Assembly: GCA_900553285.1 (NCBI GenBank)
Contig: USCX01000001.1
Span: forward strand, 1 to 56,260
DNA from: an uncultured Prevotella sp.
GTDB lineage: Bacteria > Bacteroidota > Bacteroidia > Bacteroidales > Bacteroidaceae
Length of the DNA: 56,260 nucleotides
Direction of reading: 5' to 3'
Shown here: positions 51,692 through 56,260 of the stretch, piece after piece
Layout: each line of letters starts with the position of its first letter
How positions within the stretch are numbered: the stretch's first letter is position 1
Made by a program: the position numbers and the translations under genes
The notes under the pieces: generated by a model
The model's input: the letters and a program-made list of their open reading frames with translations, nothing else
Databases searched by the model: none
What the model was told of the DNA's origin: nothing

Positions 51692-52395
51692 AGTTTGCCA
51701 TCATAGCTGCGGGCGAAGGCTCGCGTTTGGGTCAGGAAGGCGTCGCCTTGCCGAAGCCGTTGGTGCTCCTGAACGGCGAACCGATGATAGACCGCCTGCT
51801 GCGTATCTTTGCAGAGAATGGGGCCGAAGAGGTTGACGTCGTGGTTAATGACCTGCATCCGGAGGTTGCCCAACATCTCACGGCGTTGAAGCGGAACGGG
51901 TGGAATGAACGTTTGCAGGTCGTCGTGAGGACTACTCCCAGTTCTCTCCACAGTTTCTATGCCTTGGCGCCCTATTTGAAGGAGGCTCCTTTTTGTCTGA
52001 CTACGGTCGACACGATATTCCGTGAGGACGAGTTTGCCGATTATCTCCGCCTGTTTCGTTCGTCTCAGGCCCAGGGGCTAATGGCCGTCACGGACTATAT
52101 TGATGACGAGAAGCCCTTATATGTAGGCACGGACAGCGACATGAACATCACGGGGTTCTTTGATGAGCCTTCGGGGTGTCGTTATATCTCAGGTGGCATT
52201 TATTGTCTTCATCCCGAGGCACTCGATGTCCTTCAACGTTGTATGGAGCAAAAGATTCACAGAATGCGTAATTTCCAGCGTCAGCTTGTGGAAAGCGGGC
52301 TTCGTTTGCAGGCACATGCTTTCTCCAAAATTTTGGACGTGGACCATGCCGGAGACATCATCAAGGCTGAAACATTCCTTAATCATGCCGGATAA
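51688..52395 (+). CDS. NTP transferase (sugar/polyol-phosphate nucleotidyltransferase)
   Basis: IAAGEGSRL, PKPLV, DVDHAGD. Confidence 0.85.
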   Translation: MKFAIIAAGEGSRLGQEGVALPKPLVLLNGEPMIDRLLRIFAENGAEEVDVVVNDLHPEVAQHLTALKRNGWNERLQVVVRTTPSSLHSFYALAPYLKEAPFCLTTVDTIFREDEFADYLRLFRSSQAQGLMAVTDYIDDEKPLYVGTDSDMNITGFFDEPSGCRYISGGIYCLHPEALDVLQRCMEQKIHRMRNFQRQLVESGLRLQAHAFSKILDVDHAGDIIKAETFLNHAG

Positions 52396-53230
52396 ACAGA
52401 TGATCGTAGGTGTACAACGTGCCCCGCGCTTCTCTCCCAATTCGATGGACCGGGATATGGCCATCCTGCAAGGGGTTGCGCAAAATCTCTCGGCGGACGG
52501 ATACGCCGTGAAACTGGTCGCAGAGGAGGCATTCGCTTTGTCTTGCATATCAGATGCCGTGGCGGTGTTCAGCATGGCCCGGAGTGAAGCGGCGTTGGCT
52601 GATTTGGAAAGAGTTGACCGTCCGGTGCTTAATCCTCCAAGCGGCTTGCGTAATTCCCGTCGGAGTGTATTGACCCGTTTGTTTGCCGAACGAGGCCTGC
52701 CGATGCCCCCTACATGGATTGTCCGGACGGATGGCCCCCTTCCGCGTACTGACGGACCTTGCTGGTTGAAGCGGTCGGATGAATGTGCACAAGCCAGCGG
52801 CGATGTGGTCTATGCAGCCAATCGTCAGGAGTTGGCGGTAGCTATGCGTCGGTTTGCCGGTCGTGGACTTGCCGAGGCCGTCGTGTGTGAGCATGTCGCC
52901 GGCGACTTGATTAAGTTCTACGGGGTTGAAGGCACTGGCTTTTTTGAGTATTATTATCCCACCGTCGAGGGTGGGTTCAGCAAGTTCGGGTTGGAGCGTC
53001 ACAACGGTGTGGCTCATGGCTATTCTTTCGATGTGCAGGCCCTCACCGCCGTGGCAGAGGAAGCCGCTCGCCTGCTCAACTTGCCCGTGTATGGGGGAGA
53101 CTGCATCGTTGATGCCCGGGGGCGTTTCTTCCTTATTGATTTCAACGACTGGCCCAGCTTTTCCCGATGCCGCGACAGAGCGGCCGAGGCCATCGCCCGT
53201 AGAGTGATTCAAGCCATAGAAAACAACTGA
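52385..53230 (+). CDS. ATP-grasp fold protein of unknown function (ITPK1-like motifs)
   Basis: VLNP, LPMPPT, WLKR, VVCEHVAG, IKFYGV, YGGDCIV, LIDFNDWPSF. Start moved to 52385. Confidence 0.7.
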   Translation: MPDKQMIVGVQRAPRFSPNSMDRDMAILQGVAQNLSADGYAVKLVAEEAFALSCISDAVAVFSMARSEAALADLERVDRPVLNPPSGLRNSRRSVLTRLFAERGLPMPPTWIVRTDGPLPRTDGPCWLKRSDECAQASGDVVYAANRQELAVAMRRFAGRGLAEAVVCEHVAGDLIKFYGVEGTGFFEYYYPTVEGGFSKFGLERHNGVAHGYSFDVQALTAVAEEAARLLNLPVYGGDCIVDARGRFFLIDFNDWPSFSRCRDRAAEAIARRVIQAIENN

Positions 53231-53237
53231 AATAGTC

Positions 53238-54164
53238 ATGAGTCAAAACAAGACCACACTCGAGTCTACCTTTAAGTCACAGGATACGGAAGAGTGGCTC
53301 GACATTCATTTCACCCGCCCCCTTGGATTATGGTGGGCAAAGTTCTTTAATTATTTCGGAGTGCATCCCAACGTGGTCACCGTCCTGTCCATCATATTGG
53401 GCATGGCCGCAGGCGTGATGTTTTACTATCCCGATATGACGCATACGGTGTTTGGCATAATCCTGTTGGTGTGGGCCAATCTGTACGACAGTGCGGACGG
53501 GCAATTGGCCCGTATGACCGGCAAGAAAACCCTCTTGGGCCGCGTGCTTGACGGCTTTGCCGGTGATGCCTGGTTCTTTACCATTTATTTTTTCATTTGT
53601 CTTCGCCTTACGCCCGAGTGGGGCGTGGCCATCTGGGTGGTAGCCGCACTTTCCGGTTTCGTCTTTCATGCCTCGCAGTGCCAGTTGGCAGACTACTATC
53701 GCAACATTCATCTCTATTTCCTCAAAGGTCGTGCAGGCAGTGAGCTTGACAGCTATGCAAAGGTACGTGCAGATTTCGAGGCACTGAGCTGGCGGAAGGA
53801 CTGGTTCCATAAGCTTTATCTTTATTTCTACGGTAATTATACCCATGCCCAAGAGCGCCAGACGCCTGCGTTCCAACGCTTTTATGCAGCAGTGCGGAAA
53901 CGATTCGGCGATCGCGTACCCCAACGTCTGCGCGACGATTTCCGCCGGGGCAGCCTGCCGTTGATGAAGTATGCCAACATCCTGACTTTCAACACACGGG
54001 CTATTGTGCTTTACGTGGTGCTGCTCATCGGGCAGCCTTGGCTGTATTTCGTGTTTGAGATAACGGTCATGACGATCATCTATTTGTATATGCGTTCGCG
54101 TCACGAACGCCTGTGTTTTCAGCTCTATAAGCGTTTGAACAGATATGAGCCCGAAACTGCGTAA
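53238..54164 (+). CDS. CDP-alcohol phosphatidyltransferase family protein
   Basis: HPNVVT, DSADGQLAR...GRVLDGFAGD. Confidence 0.9.
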   Translation: MSQNKTTLESTFKSQDTEEWLDIHFTRPLGLWWAKFFNYFGVHPNVVTVLSIILGMAAGVMFYYPDMTHTVFGIILLVWANLYDSADGQLARMTGKKTLLGRVLDGFAGDAWFFTIYFFICLRLTPEWGVAIWVVAALSGFVFHASQCQLADYYRNIHLYFLKGRAGSELDSYAKVRADFEALSWRKDWFHKLYLYFYGNYTHAQERQTPAFQRFYAAVRKRFGDRVPQRLRDDFRRGSLPLMKYANILTFNTRAIVLYVVLLIGQPWLYFVFEITVMTIIYLYMRSRHERLCFQLYKRLNRYEPETA

Positions 54165-55161
54165 CCTATTCCTTGCGTTCGGCATAGTGGCCATTGTCGT
54201 TATGCTGTGTACGTTTGATGTCAATTACGACGAACTTGTCACGAAGCTCAAAAGGGCCGGAGCTTGGTTTCCTGCGATAGTGGGCATTTGGGCCGTCGTG
54301 TATTTCTTCAACGCATGGGCTTTTCAGATTATTGTCAACAACGGCGCACGCGACGGCCGCCGGTTGTCGTTTCTCCGTGCTTATAAACTGACGGTCTCAG
54401 GCTTTGCGTTCAGCTATACGACCCCTTTCGGTTTCGGGGGAGGGCCGTATCGCGTGTTGGAACTCAATTCGCTTGTCGGCACGAGCCGGGCCACGTCGTC
54501 GGTGGTGCTTTATTCCATGATGCACATCATGTCGCACATTTGCCTGTGGGCGTCGTCCGTGGTCCTCTTTATCTGCCTTCATGAAGTCGATGCGGGCCTT
54601 TGGGTGTTGTTTGCCTTGTTTGCCGTGGTCTGTGCGGTTCTCGTTTATTTCTTTTACGCAGGTTATCGGAACGGCATGGTCGTCAAGTTGTTCACCCTTT
54701 TGATGCATGTCCCTTTGCTCAAACGATGGTCGAAGGCTTTTTACGAGAAGAACGCCGAAACGTTTGAACAAATAGATGTCCAGATTGCCGATCTGCATAA
54801 CCGGGGGCGTCGGTTTTATAGCGCCTTGTTTCTCGAATATGTGGCCCGGGTGGTCAACGCGTTGGAGTATTATTTTATTCTGAATGCCATGTCGCTCAAC
54901 GTGGGCTTCTTCGACAGTATTCTGGTGCTGGCCTTTTCCTCGTTGTTCAGCAACCTGTTGTTTTTCCTGCCTATGCAGCTCGGGGCTCGCGAAGGAGGTC
55001 TTGCCATCATCGTCGACCGTCTGGCCATTCCCGGCGTGTTCGGTCTTTACGCCAGCTTCTTCACCCGTATCCGTGAACTTGTATGGATTGTGATCGGTGT
55101 CTCGCTGGTCAAGGTGGGCAATAAGAAATATAGCAAAGAGATATGCAGTTCGAAAGAATAA
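54145..55161 (+). CDS. Lysylphosphatidylglycerol synthase TM-domain (flippase-like) protein
   Basis: Multi-TM; TPFGFGGGPYR, PMQLGAREGG. Confidence 0.85.
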   Translation: MSPKLRNLFLAFGIVAIVVMLCTFDVNYDELVTKLKRAGAWFPAIVGIWAVVYFFNAWAFQIIVNNGARDGRRLSFLRAYKLTVSGFAFSYTTPFGFGGGPYRVLELNSLVGTSRATSSVVLYSMMHIMSHICLWASSVVLFICLHEVDAGLWVLFALFAVVCAVLVYFFYAGYRNGMVVKLFTLLMHVPLLKRWSKAFYEKNAETFEQIDVQIADLHNRGRRFYSALFLEYVARVVNALEYYFILNAMSLNVGFFDSILVLAFSSLFSNLLFFLPMQLGAREGGLAIIVDRLAIPGVFGLYASFFTRIRELVWIVIGVSLVKVGNKKYSKEICSSKE

Positions 55162-55868
55162 AGTCGCTTATTTTTGATTATGGCGGCACGCTCGACACGA
55201 ACGCCCGCCATTGGGCACGTGTGCTTTGGGAGGGGTATGTGCGGGCCGGGATACCGGTCGACGAGGCGGCTTTCCGCAAGGCGTACGTGCATGGCGAACG
55301 GACGCTCGCCCGACTTCCAATTATCGTCCCTGCGGACAATTTCCATGCCGTCCTTTTGAAGAAAGTGGATGTGGAAACCCGTTACCTGGTTGACGAGGGG
55401 CTGTGGAACGCGACCGCCGGTGAGCGACGCCGGCTGTCGGCTGCCGTGGCGGAGTACGGATATGCTTATGCGCGCCGGACGACGGAGCAGTCGCGGGAGG
55501 TGCTTATGCGATTGCAGCCGCACTATAAGATGGTGTTGGTCTCTAACTTTTACGGGAACATCGGCACGATACTCGACGATTTCGGACTGACCTTCTTTTC
55601 CCACGTTGTCGAGTCGGCCGTGGTCGGCGTGCGCAAGCCCGCCCCCGCCATTTTCCGCTTGGGTGTTGAAGCCACGGGGAACAGTCCCGAGGAGGTGCTG
55701 GTCGTCGGCGATTCGTATGACAAGGACATCGTGCCGGCACGTGCTGCCGGGTGTGCGACGGCGTGGTTAAAAGGAGAGGGGTGGACAGACGACCAGCCCG
55801 ATGGAATCGAGGCTGACGTCGTGATTAGCCGATTGTCAGACCTCATGAAATTCCTGCGACATGACTGA
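55143..55868 (+). CDS. HAD superfamily hydrolase
   Basis: FDYGGTLD, VSN, RKP, VGDSYDKD. Confidence 0.9.
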   Translation: MQFERIKSLIFDYGGTLDTNARHWARVLWEGYVRAGIPVDEAAFRKAYVHGERTLARLPIIVPADNFHAVLLKKVDVETRYLVDEGLWNATAGERRRLSAAVAEYGYAYARRTTEQSREVLMRLQPHYKMVLVSNFYGNIGTILDDFGLTFFSHVVESAVVGVRKPAPAIFRLGVEATGNSPEEVLVVGDSYDKDIVPARAAGCATAWLKGEGWTDDQPDGIEADVVISRLSDLMKFLRHD

Positions 55869-56260
55869 GAAACGGACAGTGCCTTTGGTCGGCCGCCGTT
55901 TCCGCTGGCCGTTTGTGCTCATCACTTCATTGTTCTTCATGTGGGGCATGGCGCGTGCCATTCTCGACGTGCTCAACAAGCACGTGCAGGAGACGCTTTC
56001 TGTCGACAAGGGCGAGTCGGCTTTGTTACAGGTGACGGTCTACGGCGCATACTTCCTGATGGCCTTGCCCGCAGGATGGCTTGTCCGGCGTTGCGGCACG
56101 CGGACGGGAGTCATCCTGGGCCTTCTGCTTTTCGCCCTGGGTGCCTTCCTGTTCGTTCCGTCCGGATGGAGCGGTACGTTTTACGGTTTGCTTTTCCCGC
56201 TGTTTGTAATAGGGTGCGGGCTGGTGATGCTCGAAGTGGCCGCCAATCCCTATGCCACGG
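55861..56260 (+). CDS. FucP-family MFS sugar transporter, partial (runs off the window)
   Basis: My translation: LITSLFFMWG..ILDVLNKH, YGAYFLMALPAG, GLLLFALG, GCGL..LEVAANPY. Not in the ORF track. Confidence 0.88.
   Translation, partial: MTEKRTVPLVGRRFRWPFVLITSLFFMWGMARAILDVLNKHVQETLSVDKGESALLQVTVYGAYFLMALPAGWLVRRCGTRTGVILGLLLFALGAFLFVPSGWSGTFYGLLFPLFVIGCGLVMLEVAANPYAT

Overview
Bacteroidales chromosome segment, probably Prevotellaceae-like (inferred from gene content and repeated TAnnTTTG -7 promoter boxes). Bases 1-15.9 kb are the distal part of a Wzx/Wzy capsular/exopolysaccharide locus: wzc remnant, ugd, wzx, wzy, nine glycosyltransferases and three acyl/acetyltransferases, two of which are frameshifted at homopolymer runs. 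The first ~120 bp read as a ClpC fragment on the opposite strand, fused to wzc, probably a chimeric contig end. The rest is mostly housekeeping: tRNA-Arg, menF-menD, serC-serA-DUF1015, tRNA-Lys, aconitase-icd-citrate synthase, a Gly-Leu-Leu-Gly tRNA cluster, mltF, a Dna2-like nuclease-helicase, an S9 peptidase, udk, a probable 6S (Bacteroidales-1) RNA, malQ, an ECF sigma/anti-sigma unit, GH25, OmpA and rlmN-pdxA. The most interesting part is the tightly coupled operon at 51.7-56.3 kb: NTP transferase, ATP-grasp protein with ITPK1-like motifs, CDP-alcohol phosphotransferase, LPG-synthase-type flippase, HAD phosphatase and a FucP-type MFS transporter. It resembles the alternative Bacteroidota inositol-lipid cluster but shows no inositol-phosphate synthase in the window, suggesting a possible import-and-phosphorylate route. 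No CRISPR array, IS element, integrase or prophage was seen. All calls come from reading the sequence; no searches were run.
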